From Bacteriovoracaceae bacterium (GTDB lineage Bacteria; Bdellovibrionota; Bacteriovoracia; Bacteriovoracales; Bacteriovoracaceae), in NCBI GenBank assembly GCA_965217035.1, contig OZ244226.1, positions 974,146 through 1,038,145 on the forward strand: 64,000 nucleotides of DNA, written 5' to 3'. Positions 40,514 to 50,522 of this stretch are shown here, one piece after another; positions within the stretch are counted from its first letter, which is position 1; each line of letters opens with the position of its first letter. Position numbers and translations under genes: made by a program. The notes under the pieces were generated by a model. That model ran no database searches. It was not told where the DNA came from and saw only the letters and a list, made by a program, of their open reading frames with translations.

Positions 40514-41233
40514 TTACGGCCCTAGGTAAATCTCTTCATAGGTACTTTTATTCCTAGCAGAATTCGGACAGGTATCGAACATGTGTAATTGATATTTCAG
40601 AACTCCTGAACCTTGACTCGAAAAAGCCTTAAAAAGTACGAAAGATCTTCGGGCTAGAATTTCATCATAAAGCGTTTGCTGAGGGTCTGTTTTTCTTGCC
40701 TCAACAATATCAAGACAAATTCCATCTTCATTGAAAGAAGATTTTCTTTGATTGTAATAGCATTCTTTTACATCTTGTCTGACGTTATATTGAACAGCTA
40801 TTCCACTTGTTTGAAGTTCATACTTAGGAATAGAAGAACCTGCTTCTGCAAGATCGCAAAGAGCTTTTATTTTAGAATGCTCATTAGTTACCGGGATTTT
40901 AAAACTATCATTATTATATTCAGAATAACCTTCATCATTTTTTATCTGAAATTCATCTTCTTTATATTCAACTTGGAACTCATCACTTGAGGCAAGACCT
41001 GAGCAGTTTCTATAGTTATATTTAATTTTTTTCGTTTGAGATGTTTGTGGATGCTCTGCTTTTTTATCGAGAGCTAAGCAGAATTCTTTAAGAAGGTTGG
41101 TTTCAGTCGCATCAAGAGTGCTGCTAGCATCCGTAACCTCAAATCTTAAAAGCTCTAATGCTTGCTCTTCCTCACCGATTTTTTCTCCACATGCCACAAA
41201 TAAAACCAGGAATAAAATACTAAAACACTTCAT
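40514..41233 (-). CDS. Hypothetical lipoprotein with 6 additional Cys
   Basis: MKCFSILFLVLFVA-C lipobox; GGGGG RBS. Confidence 0.85.
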   Translation of the reverse strand: MKCFSILFLVLFVACGEKIGEEEQALELLRFEVTDASSTLDATETNLLKEFCLALDKKAEHPQTSQTKKIKYNYRNCSGLASSDEFQVEYKEDEFQIKNDEGYSEYNNDSFKIPVTNEHSKIKALCDLAEAGSSIPKYELQTSGIAVQYNVRQDVKECYYNQRKSSFNEDGICLDIVEARKTDPQQTLYDEILARRSFVLFKAFSSQGSGVLKYQLHMFDTCPNSARNKSTYEEIYLGP

Positions 41234-41247
41234 TTTTCCCCCTAATT

Positions 41248-42366
41248 TTATTTAAACACATAAAGTCTGTTTCTGCTGGAATAGGCAGCAAGATTCTCCT
41301 TATCAGCCTCTATAAAGCCAAATAACGAAGAATAGGTATATCCAAAATAATAGGTATCAATCACTTTGCTTAAATCCTTAGAGAGAGCAACAAGTGTGCC
41401 ATCAAAAGTTGAAGCCACAATATGATCTTTCCATACGATAGCGGAACTAAATCCAGCCTCAGCCAATTTATATTTCTTCTCGACAGCACCAAGGTAATCA
41501 AGTTTTAATAATTCACCATCATCAGTAAGAAGAACCATCTTCTTCCCATATTTAATTGGAGGGGTCGCAACTTTATGCATAAGTCTTCTGAGAGTTACAC
41601 CGTTTTTTGGATTAATAATAAAAAAATCACTACCAAGCGAACCAACCCAAATTGTTCCTTTCACAATGACAGGAGAAAGATCAATATCGAGGAACTTTTT
41701 TGCAAGAGAAAGTTTTTTCTCCCAAAGAATATGACCATCATGAATTGAAAGCGAAGCAAGATATCCATCAGCAAAACCAACAATGATTGCATTCTTATAA
41801 CCTAAAGGAACTGAAACTCTATTCAGTGTTGTTAAAAAGGGTACGGCCCTTTTATAACTCCAAAGGATCTTACCCGTCTTAATATCGAGAGCAGCAATCG
41901 TATGATTTCTTAAGTGAACAAAGAGTCTCCCTCTATAAGGATAGACTTCCGATTCAATCGAGGAGCCAAGCTTCTTTTTGTAAATGAGTTTCAGAGTTGA
42001 TTTGTCTCGAGCAACAATTTTCCCTTCTGAAGTTCCATAAATAACCATCTCTTTATGAATCAAAGGTTTTCCTTGGATAGCCCCTTCTTCTTTTGTGAAG
42101 TGAACCCGTCGTCCCACTTTTTTATCAAAAACGTTCAGGTTTCCTGAAAGATCCCCAACAAAGAGCCTGTTGTTATCAATCGCAGGTGTAACCCAACCAA
42201 TTGGAAGATTACCCTCTCTATACTTTGGGTCGAGATTTTTATTCCAAGCAAGATTAAAAAATCTCTTTTGCTGGACAGGTTTATTAAAATATTTTTTTAA
42301 CTCAGAAACTTTTTCAAGTTTTGAACATGAGAAAAAAATGAAAAGAATAAGAAGACTACTCCTCAT
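41248..42366 (-). CDS. bamB: PQQ-repeat beta-propeller lipoprotein, BamB-like (start moved to ATG 42366)
   Basis: MRSSLLILFIFFS-C; repeated ALDIKTGKILW / LSIHDGHILW blades; downstream of yfgM-like gene. Confidence 0.7.
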   Translation of the reverse strand: MRSSLLILFIFFSCSKLEKVSELKKYFNKPVQQKRFFNLAWNKNLDPKYREGNLPIGWVTPAIDNNRLFVGDLSGNLNVFDKKVGRRVHFTKEEGAIQGKPLIHKEMVIYGTSEGKIVARDKSTLKLIYKKKLGSSIESEVYPYRGRLFVHLRNHTIAALDIKTGKILWSYKRAVPFLTTLNRVSVPLGYKNAIIVGFADGYLASLSIHDGHILWEKKLSLAKKFLDIDLSPVIVKGTIWVGSLGSDFFIINPKNGVTLRRLMHKVATPPIKYGKKMVLLTDDGELLKLDYLGAVEKKYKLAEAGFSSAIVWKDHIVASTFDGTLVALSKDLSKVIDTYYFGYTYSSLFGFIEADKENLAAYSSRNRLYVFK

Positions 42367-43066
42367 CTGTTTTTGCTTCTTTGTTAGTAGTTGTTTCAAG
42401 ATCGTATTTCGCAAGATAACGTTTCGCCATCTTTGCCATATCCGAATCAGGAAACTTCTCTACAACATGATTGAGATTACTTTTAGCTCCAGCTTGATCG
42501 TTGCTTAAAAAACTTAATCGCCCAAGATCTAAGTAAAGTTTTTCTTCATACTTATAGGGAGAATCTACAAGAGCCTTAAGGACCATGAGAGCTTCTCCAT
42601 AGTTCTTTGCATCCTCATAAATAACTGCCAAATAATTTGAGAAATAATAATAAGCTAAGTTCTTGCTACTCGTTCCTGCTTGAAGAGTTTTGAAAAGAGG
42701 AATCAGCTTGCTCATATCATATTTATTCTCTCTTAACTTCGTAAAAATAGTTGAAGAAACCGGAAAAAAACTTGCCGTATCTGAAAGTTGAGTGGCTGCC
42801 GCTTCCGCACTTTTAATCAACTCTTCCTCTTTTATTTTTTTATCTTCAAAGTTTTTTAAAGCTCCATCTTTAAACTGAAATACAATGGTTGCTTGCTCTT
42901 CGATTTTTTTCTTGTTTTGTTTTTTTACAATTCCAATTCCAACCGACGCTGTAACAACAACGACCGCACCAATAATAGCGAGTCGTACATACTTTTTTAG
43001 ATCTTCTGAGTTTGAACTTAGGACTTCAGAGGGGTCCACAATTTGTGCTTTTTTAGCTTTCGCCAT
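42356..43066 (-). CDS. YfgM-like membrane-anchored TPR protein
   Basis: Single N-terminal TM, C-terminal TPR helices (..VVEKFPDSDMAKMA); upstream of bamB-like gene. Confidence 0.75.
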   Translation of the reverse strand: MAKAKKAQIVDPSEVLSSNSEDLKKYVRLAIIGAVVVVTASVGIGIVKKQNKKKIEEQATIVFQFKDGALKNFEDKKIKEEELIKSAEAAATQLSDTASFFPVSSTIFTKLRENKYDMSKLIPLFKTLQAGTSSKNLAYYYFSNYLAVIYEDAKNYGEALMVLKALVDSPYKYEEKLYLDLGRLSFLSNDQAGAKSNLNHVVEKFPDSDMAKMAKRYLAKYDLETTTNKEAKTDEE

Positions 43067-43172
43067 GAGTGCTCCTCAATAGGATTTTTTTAGACATTAA
43101 AATACTGAATTTAGATTAATCTTGCCCGATAAATATTGTCAAAAAAGCCTTTTGTCCTATAGAATTCAAGCA

Positions 43173-43643
43173 ATGCGCAAATTATTTTTCTTCTTAGTAG
43201 CTTTTTTATTTAGCCTCAATTCCCATGCTATTAATATGATGGGACGAACTGGGATTGGGTTTAGTTCCCAATATCAAGGAGACCTCACTGCGCTTTCCTT
43301 TAAATTTCAAAAGACTCGGGACCTAGCCTACGGAGCTCTTGTGGCCATCAAAAGCGATGAAGACAATGTTGACTATGGCCTTGGAGGAAAGATTTATAAA
43401 CTCATTTTTGACGAGCCCCACTTAAACTTCTTTGCTTCTGGTCTATTCGCAGCATTAAGGAAAGATGACGAAAGTGGCTTTCAAGTTGATGGAACTATGG
43501 GCTCAGAGTTCCATATCCCTGGAATCGAGAGTATCGGATTTAGTTTTGAGTTTGGCTTTAGCATTAACCGCCTCAATTCCTCGACAAATATCGAAACCGT
43601 GGGCTACAATTTTCTTAGTGCAGCGGTTCATTTTTATTTGTAA
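43173..43643 (+). CDS. Small outer-membrane beta-barrel protein
   Basis: Signal peptide ..LNSHA; amphipathic strands; C-terminal AAVHFYL beta-signal. Confidence 0.8.
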   Translation: MRKLFFFLVAFLFSLNSHAINMMGRTGIGFSSQYQGDLTALSFKFQKTRDLAYGALVAIKSDEDNVDYGLGGKIYKLIFDEPHLNFFASGLFAALRKDDESGFQVDGTMGSEFHIPGIESIGFSFEFGFSINRLNSSTNIETVGYNFLSAAVHFYL

Positions 43644-44412
43644 ATTTCTTTTGTTGCTTTTCACCCTTGGTGCAAATGCTCAGTCCGAAGTTTCGGATGA
43701 GATTCTTCAATCACTTGATGATGATGTTAATGTTGGTGGTGATATCTTTACCAATTTTCAAGAGGAACTTGATACTTCTAAGATTTTTGAAGATGAGCGC
43801 TTTTACAAATATGGTCGTTTCTTTTCTGTTGATATTGGAACAGGAATCACAAGCTTCACTGGTAATAGAGGAACTGCTTATCGGGACCGTCATCCCTCTT
43901 TCAGTTTAACGCTAAATTATTTTATTGATTTCACAACTTCTTTTGTCATGGGTGTAGGTTATTCCAATCATAACATGGAAATTAATAATGCAACCCTTAA
44001 GCATACCGGTTCACGTGGACCTGGATCTATTAATATCACAATGCTTCGCCCTTATTTTGGTTATAGAAATTACTTCGACACTTCTGACCTTAGTACACCT
44101 TTTACTTATTCCAATCCGTATTTCACCTTACGGCTTGAATACTGGTATCAAGTTGTGAAGTTCACAGACAATGTTCAAGTTGGAGATCAAAGACTCTCTG
44201 GTGGAGGTCTCGGTCTCGGTCTCGGCTTTGGGGCTGAATTCCCTGTAAAATTCAAAGAGAAGTATATTGGAGTTGAGGCCCTCATTCATGCAGTAGATTT
44301 CTTTGATCGAGAAACAAGAGATTACGAAGCAACAACTGCAGGAGAAATTGGTTTTTCTGATCTTAGTGGTTTTGCGTACTCTATCATAGTCTCATTCAAT
44401 CAGACCTGGTGA
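43618..44412 (+). CDS. Outer-membrane beta-barrel protein with acidic N-terminal segment (likely start GTG 43618)
   Basis: Signal ..LLLLFTLGANA; GLGLGLGFGAEF; C-terminal SFNQTW. Confidence 0.75.
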   Translation: MQRFIFICKFLLLLFTLGANAQSEVSDEILQSLDDDVNVGGDIFTNFQEELDTSKIFEDERFYKYGRFFSVDIGTGITSFTGNRGTAYRDRHPSFSLTLNYFIDFTTSFVMGVGYSNHNMEINNATLKHTGSRGPGSINITMLRPYFGYRNYFDTSDLSTPFTYSNPYFTLRLEYWYQVVKFTDNVQVGDQRLSGGGLGLGLGFGAEFPVKFKEKYIGVEALIHAVDFFDRETRDYEATTAGEIGFSDLSGFAYSIIVSFNQTW

Positions 44413-44483
44413 TAATTTCCTTAAATGCACTTATCTTTTTCGTCAAAGAAACTTTTCCTTAAACCTAAGCACATTTAAGAAAA

Positions 44484-46064
44484 TTATTTTTGTGCTTGTT
44501 CCTTTCGAAATAAAACATGCACAGGAGTATTCGGAAGATTGAATTGATTCCGGATTCCATTCACAAGATACCTTCGATAATTAACAGGAATTCCTTTCGA
44601 GCGATTCGTAAATAGAAGAAACGTTGGAGGAGCTGCTTTTACCATTGCTGCATACTTCAGTTTGAGCTTGGTATGATAATTCCCTTTAATCGCAACTGGG
44701 TTTTGATCAAATAAACGATTTAAAGTTTTATTCAATGGTCCAGTCGGAATATATCTCTTTCTCGTGAGAAGAAGCTTTTTAATTTCATCTTTTAAACGAG
44801 TAATTCCCCAACCATTTTTAGCTGAAAGAAAAACGGGCTCACAATAAGAAAGCCAAGGAATTTCAAACTTAAAATCAAGAAGGTATTCTTTCTTTTCTTT
44901 TTTCTTGGAAAAAACTTCTTCATTAAGGTCAATCTTATTGATTGCAATGACTAGAGATTTCCCTTTATCAATGGCAACTCCCATAAGTTTTTTATCTTGA
45001 TGAGTAATCCCTTTATCACCATCTATTAAATAAATGACGACATCAGAATCAGTTATAGCACGAAGTGATCGAAAGACCGATTGAGCTTCAACTTCCTCAT
45101 CAATATGACTTTTCCGACGAATACCTGCGGTATCAATCATCATGACAGAGCGAAGTGGTTGAGTGAGCTCAGTTTCTTTTTCAATCTCGTCTTCAATCAA
45201 CTCTTCACTTGAAGTTTGTTCTTCTTCAAACTCTTGCTCAAATTCTTCCTCAAGCTTTGCCAATAAACTCACGGCATCTTTTTTGAAAAAGAATTGATTC
45301 TTATCAAAAAGATTCGCTTCAGTTTCGAAGTTAAGATCCATAAATCCTTCAATAGGATCAATTGTTGTTCCAGCCACCGAACTCACAACCGCTCTTTCAC
45401 AACCAATGAGTTGATTTAAAAGAGTCGACTTTCCAGCATTCGGAGCTCCAATAAGCGCTACTTTCCCAGCGAGTGGATAATTAGGTTTAACCCCTGCACT
45501 CACTTCTAAAGCTTGGTTTTTCTCAAACTCTTGAGAAAACTCGAACATTTTATCTTTAAGTCCAAAAAGTCCACGGTTATGTTCTGCAGAAACAAGGAAG
45601 AGATTTTCAACTCCAAGCGAATAAAACTCAGCTTCATGACCTGCTTGAGTATCCGTATCATATTTATTAACAACCACCCAAAGATCTTTCTTCTCTTTTC
45701 GAGTAAAGTTCACAATGGCCTCATCGAAAGGAAGAAGCCCCTCTCTAACATCAACAACAATGAGAACTAAGTCTGACTCTCTAATAGCAAGTCGAGCCTG
45801 TTGGGCCATGACTGAGAACATGAGATTTTCATCTGGATCATTATATTCCGGATAAAACCCACCAGTATCAATCAAAAGAGCATCTTGGTCTTCTCCATCA
45901 AAGCGAAGAATTCCGTAATGCCTGTCTCTTGTGACACCAGGTTTATTAAAAGCAATCGCCTTGGTCGAATTTCGAAGCAAGCGATTAAAAATCGTACTTT
46001 TCCCCACATTCGGTCGCCCGATGAGAGAAATAACTGGAGTTGACCGACTCATCTTCGCCTCCAA
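44484..46064 (-). CDS. der: Ribosome biogenesis double GTPase Der/EngA
   Basis: [20 protein letters not shown] and [18 protein letters not shown]-like C-terminus. Confidence 0.96.
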   Translation of the reverse strand: MEAKMSRSTPVISLIGRPNVGKSTIFNRLLRNSTKAIAFNKPGVTRDRHYGILRFDGEDQDALLIDTGGFYPEYNDPDENLMFSVMAQQARLAIRESDLVLIVVDVREGLLPFDEAIVNFTRKEKKDLWVVVNKYDTDTQAGHEAEFYSLGVENLFLVSAEHNRGLFGLKDKMFEFSQEFEKNQALEVSAGVKPNYPLAGKVALIGAPNAGKSTLLNQLIGCERAVVSSVAGTTIDPIEGFMDLNFETEANLFDKNQFFFKKDAVSLLAKLEEEFEQEFEEEQTSSEELIEDEIEKETELTQPLRSVMMIDTAGIRRKSHIDEEVEAQSVFRSLRAITDSDVVIYLIDGDKGITHQDKKLMGVAIDKGKSLVIAINKIDLNEEVFSKKKEKKEYLLDFKFEIPWLSYCEPVFLSAKNGWGITRLKDEIKKLLLTRKRYIPTGPLNKTLNRLFDQNPVAIKGNYHTKLKLKYAAMVKAAPPTFLLFTNRSKGIPVNYRRYLVNGIRNQFNLPNTPVHVLFRKEQAQK

Positions 46065-47017
46065 ACTCGTTTAGAGCTTTGAACTCTTGGAAGTCCAATT
46101 TCTTCTAAGACAAAATTATTCTTAAACCATCGCTGAGAAACTTTAACGTGAAGAACAAGATGAACCTGTCCACCAACTAGAGCTTCGATTTTCTTTCTTG
46201 CGAGTGCCCCAATTCTTTTAACCATAGAACCTTTAGCCCCAATAACAATGGCCCTTTGGCTTGGACGGTTTACAAGAATAGTGGCCAGGATTTTAGCCTT
46301 GGTTTTTGATTCAGGATTCGCAATATCATGAAAGTCATCGATAACGACAGCCACTTCATAAGGGACTTCTTCTTTAAGAGCACGAAAGACTTGTTCGCGA
46401 ATATACTCAGCAGCAAAGAAGCGCATGTTCTTATTGGAAACATCACCTTTTGGATAATGATGAGGCCCAAAAGGTGCTTCATCACACAGTGCTCCTGTTA
46501 AAAGATGAACATCACTTCCATCTTTGGCGCTAATAATAAAATACTTTTCTAATTTAGGATCAATTGCTTGAAGTTTCTCAAAAATAGAATCCCAATTTTT
46601 TTCCATTGCGATATCAGACTTCGTAAAAACAACCCAAGACTTGGAAAGATCTTTCCCAAGATCCTTTTGAAAAGTCTTATACTCAGTTTCGATATCAAGA
46701 GCACTCCCATCAATAAGAATAAGATTAAGATCAACACCATCAAGCGACATCTTCGTTTGGCCATTCATTCTGATATTCATCTCTTGAGCTGATTGGTGAA
46801 TACCTGGAGTATCAACAAGAATAACTTCTGTCCTGTCTACTGTAAAAGTACAATGAAAAGAGTTTCTCGTCGTTTGAGGTTTATTGCTCACAATCGAGAG
46901 ATCAAAACCAAGTAAGTAGTTAATTAACGTACTTTTACCAGCATTTGGTCTTCCCAAAAGACTCACCATGATTGATTTATTCTTAGGATGTTGGTCGTGA
47001 AGCATGTTCTTCTCCAT
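46049..47017 (-). CDS. era: GTPase Era
   Basis: [34 protein letters not shown] motif. Confidence 0.96.
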   Translation of the reverse strand: MEKNMLHDQHPKNKSIMVSLLGRPNAGKSTLINYLLGFDLSIVSNKPQTTRNSFHCTFTVDRTEVILVDTPGIHQSAQEMNIRMNGQTKMSLDGVDLNLILIDGSALDIETEYKTFQKDLGKDLSKSWVVFTKSDIAMEKNWDSIFEKLQAIDPKLEKYFIISAKDGSDVHLLTGALCDEAPFGPHHYPKGDVSNKNMRFFAAEYIREQVFRALKEEVPYEVAVVIDDFHDIANPESKTKAKILATILVNRPSQRAIVIGAKGSMVKRIGALARKKIEALVGGQVHLVLHVKVSQRWFKNNFVLEEIGLPRVQSSKRVWRRR

Positions 47018-47813
47018 TTAAATATGATTTTTGTTTCAAAGCTTGTATTGCTAATTCTTTTTCTAAAATTTTTTTTGAATGTCCAAGACTTGAGCTAATA
47101 AGACTATTATCAATCCAGAGTTCAACTTCAAACTCCTGATTTCCTTTATCTCGTGATTCATAACGAGGTGGGTTTTTAAAACGTTTTAGAACTTCTTCTT
47201 GTAATTTAGTTTTAGGATCAAATGATTTGAGGATTTTTTCGTTAAAAAGAGGTTTTATATTTTTTTCGAAGTCCTCAATCATTTTAAAAAATATGGTCTT
47301 GGATTTTTCAAATCCAGCATCTTGATAAAGAGCCCCAAGCAGAGCCTCAAAAACGCGAGCAAGATTTCTTTTCTTGGTTCGCCCTCCCGACTTTTCTTCA
47401 CCTTTTCCGAAAAACATGCATTGCCCAATATTAAAATAACGAGCAAGTTCAAAAAGAGCTTCTTCATTCACGATAGCACTTCTCAATTTGGAAAGTTCTC
47501 CTTCTTTTTTATTTGGAAAGAGTTCCATTAATTTTTCGGTAACAAAAAGATCGAGAACGGCATCACCGAGAAACTCCAGACGTTCATTGGAAAGCGAGCC
47601 CTGGTTTTGTTCATGAGCAAACGACGTATGAGTCATTGCCTGATACAGTAAATCTTGATTGGTAAACGAGTATTGGATTCTTGTGACAAGGTTAGTCAAA
47701 TCCACATTCATTTGCCAAGGCCCTAAACGATTTTTCATCGACTCCTCGGAGGTCATCACCAGCATTTCTGGTCTAAGGTCTGTGTTTCTACCGTGCCCAT
47801 AATTATTTGCCAA
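46983..47813 (-). CDS. rnc: Ribonuclease III (start uncertain)
   Basis: NERLEFLGDAVL signature; DPKTKLQE dsRBD; rnc-era synteny. Confidence 0.95.
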   Translation of the reverse strand: MANNYGHGRNTDLRPEMLVMTSEESMKNRLGPWQMNVDLTNLVTRIQYSFTNQDLLYQAMTHTSFAHEQNQGSLSNERLEFLGDAVLDLFVTEKLMELFPNKKEGELSKLRSAIVNEEALFELARYFNIGQCMFFGKGEEKSGGRTKKRNLARVFEALLGALYQDAGFEKSKTIFFKMIEDFEKNIKPLFNEKILKSFDPKTKLQEEVLKRFKNPPRYESRDKGNQEFEVELWIDNSLISSSLGHSKKILEKELAIQALKQKSYLNGEEHASRPTS

Positions 47814-47871
47814 GTTTCAAGATCTCAAAGGTAATATTTACAGTGATAGACTTCTAGCGTTAAACTAAAGT

Positions 47872-50391
47872 GTGCGAAAAATCATAAAAAACAGCAAAGG
47901 ACAGCTGAGTATTTTTTTGGCAATTACTGTAGTCTTTTTTATTACAGCAGTAGCTTTCGTTATTAATATCGGTCTTTTCGTCAAAGCAAAAATCAATCTT
48001 CAAAACGCGGTGGATGCAGGTGCCTTCTCTGGAGCTGCCGTTCAGGCTAGACAGCTTACCGACATTGCCTATCTTAATTGGGAAATGAGGAATGTCTATA
48101 AAGAGTGGATGTTCAAGTATTACGTACTTGGAAACCTCAATGCTCCTGTCGTTGAAGATCCGACTTTTACACAATCAAAGCCTATCCCTGATGGTATGAT
48201 GGACTTTACGATCAAAGACTCGACCGATCCGAGTGATCCAATTGATTTGAATAATATTCCTTCTGTTTGTATTCAACTAGGAGGAGATAGTTATTGCAGA
48301 ATTTTTAAATCTCCCGGTATTCCAAGAATGAGTAATGAAATTATTTCCCAGCAAGAGCTTGCAAACTTTGGGAAAGATTTTATTGATGAGTTAGCAAGAA
48401 CAAAAGCAGCGAGATGCTCTGATGCCTCCAAGATTAACTTTGAAGTCACTCGGCAATGGGCCTATGGGATGGGCTCAGCAGCTGATCAAACTGTTAGCGA
48501 GATTCCTAATGTTGGAGGAGATAGACCAGGAGCTTTTCCAAAAGCTTTAGAACTTGCTATTAGAATCAGAAATCTTGAAGCTTTTGTTAATAAGGCTCCT
48601 GATGTCAGTAATATCTGCGAGGGTTCTAATGCTAACTGCTCAAAACAAATCCAGGAGATTATAAATCAGAATGATGTTGCCAACGAAAGGACCGTCAAAG
48701 CTTTTTATGCCGCCTGGAGAAACCTTGGTGGTGAAAAGAATAGAGAGCTCAAAGATCAGTTTACTTTTTCTGAACTAGGAGTCACTCCTGCAACCGTTGA
48801 AGGAGGAGAAAAAAGTTTAAGTAATACTTTCATCCCTGCCTCTTCACCTGCCAGGCAAAAATACTATCTTGATTTACAACTTTACTCTGTAAACTATGTC
48901 ACTTTCTATACCCAGATGACTCCACTCAATGAGAGTAACCCTGATGAAAGAGCTGATTCGGGTTGTCAGATGACCAAGGTCGCTATCCCAGTTCCAGCCT
49001 ACCCCCTTGGCTATATAAAGAATCCAAAGGTCATGACTTATTATGGAGTCAGGGGACAATCGAGGTTCAATGGTCTTTTTAATCCGTTATCTAAAGTCTT
49101 AACTTTATCGGCTCACTCACTTGCAAAACCTTTTGGGGGTAGAATAGGCCCTCGATTTTTCAAAACAGTTGGGAGTTATATAACCGCGACAGATGAAAGT
49201 GGAAATCAACACAGAAGCTCTCCTTATGTTTTTGGGCTTGTCCCCCAACCTTCTAACACGGGAAGTATTGATAGTATCTTAGGTGTTCTGCCGAAACTCC
49301 CTGATTTTTGGGTGCAAAACAAAGATGAACCTATAGGTGGAGACTTTGGAGCAGGTCTTCCAAAGTTTGCAATCCCGAATATGCATTACGACTTAGATCC
49401 TGGCGACCCAGATCGCTATTACGATTCGAATATTCACATTATGAGTTTGCCAATTGCTGATCGTTATCGTGTTGGACTCTATAACAAGGAACAATTTAAA
49501 AAGTTTGTTGGAAATCTCTCTGCAACTGGTGGAAATATTAATGCTACAGCTCAGATAACTAACGATGATGTGGAGCGAGCTATCGCAAAAGTACGACTTC
49601 CTACTCGTTATGATGCTCAAAACTATCTTATCCCTTCTACTAATAAGCTTAATGGACAGAACGGTTTGAAGTTAAATAGCTTCGCTTTTGAAAAAAACCG
49701 AATGCAGGTCTTTGCTCCTCTTTATGGACCCAATTATCTTTATGCTAATGCCAATGATGTCCAAGCTGCTGTTGAAACTTATGTCGTCCAGCAAAAACCT
49801 TCTATCGAAACTTTTATGCAAACCTTGGCAACCACTGCCCAGCTTTTAAGAAACCAAGCCGATGCCAACGAAACAGATGTCAGCCTTGCCGACGAAGCTG
49901 CCAGTATCATCTCAAACGAACCACTTTCCTGTAAGTCTATTGCGGGTCAGTTTGCTTTCTATTATCTCGGAAGAAACGAAGCTCCTATCGATAATTCTGA
50001 TTGTGGAGACCTTAAACCTTTTTCTGAACTCCTTAGAGAATATATTGATAATCCCAATCTTATAAAACCTGATTATTACGAAGAAGCTGATGAAAAGATT
50101 GATCAAATGGTGGTAGAAGACCCAAGCAGCGAGTTCATTTTTAGTGCTTATTCTCCGGGAAGCTACCGAGGCTACGATTCTGCTGGTGAAACACAAAATC
50201 CCTTCTCAGGACGAAAGATGAGAGATCTTAGGAACTTTTATTCAACTAAATTTATTTCATTTGATACTTATGAAAATTACAAGGCAAGAGGTCTTTATAA
50301 TGAGGGTGGCGGTTCGCAAAACAGCCCTGGTCCATTAGCCAATCCGCTTATTCCGGATCAAGGCCAACCTTTTAGTCAGATCTTTCGATAA
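47872..50391 (+). CDS. Large TadG-like protein (Tad pseudopilin N-terminus, large C-terminal domain)
   Basis: KNSKG|QLSIFLAI..INIG..K..LQNAVDAGAFSGA Tad motif. Confidence 0.85.
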   Translation: MRKIIKNSKGQLSIFLAITVVFFITAVAFVINIGLFVKAKINLQNAVDAGAFSGAAVQARQLTDIAYLNWEMRNVYKEWMFKYYVLGNLNAPVVEDPTFTQSKPIPDGMMDFTIKDSTDPSDPIDLNNIPSVCIQLGGDSYCRIFKSPGIPRMSNEIISQQELANFGKDFIDELARTKAARCSDASKINFEVTRQWAYGMGSAADQTVSEIPNVGGDRPGAFPKALELAIRIRNLEAFVNKAPDVSNICEGSNANCSKQIQEIINQNDVANERTVKAFYAAWRNLGGEKNRELKDQFTFSELGVTPATVEGGEKSLSNTFIPASSPARQKYYLDLQLYSVNYVTFYTQMTPLNESNPDERADSGCQMTKVAIPVPAYPLGYIKNPKVMTYYGVRGQSRFNGLFNPLSKVLTLSAHSLAKPFGGRIGPRFFKTVGSYITATDESGNQHRSSPYVFGLVPQPSNTGSIDSILGVLPKLPDFWVQNKDEPIGGDFGAGLPKFAIPNMHYDLDPGDPDRYYDSNIHIMSLPIADRYRVGLYNKEQFKKFVGNLSATGGNINATAQITNDDVERAIAKVRLPTRYDAQNYLIPSTNKLNGQNGLKLNSFAFEKNRMQVFAPLYGPNYLYANANDVQAAVETYVVQQKPSIETFMQTLATTAQLLRNQADANETDVSLADEAASIISNEPLSCKSIAGQFAFYYLGRNEAPIDNSDCGDLKPFSELLREYIDNPNLIKPDYYEEADEKIDQMVVEDPSSEFIFSAYSPGSYRGYDSAGETQNPFSGRKMRDLRNFYSTKFISFDTYENYKARGLYNEGGGSQNSPGPLANPLIPDQGQPFSQIFR

Positions 50392-50522
50392 AAACTTGAA
50401 AAATTCGGGACCAGGACTATACTGGGTGGCAACAATTAAGACTTATTATTCATGAGCTTGAAGTAGTGCCTAAAAATGCCGAGGCTCATGTGATCAAAGA
50501 TATCTTGAAAAGAGGTTTGAGC

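Noticed and set aside
43465..43617. Long 5' extension of the second OMP overlapping the first
   Set aside because: The signal peptide begins near GTG 43618; the upstream part is an incidental open frame
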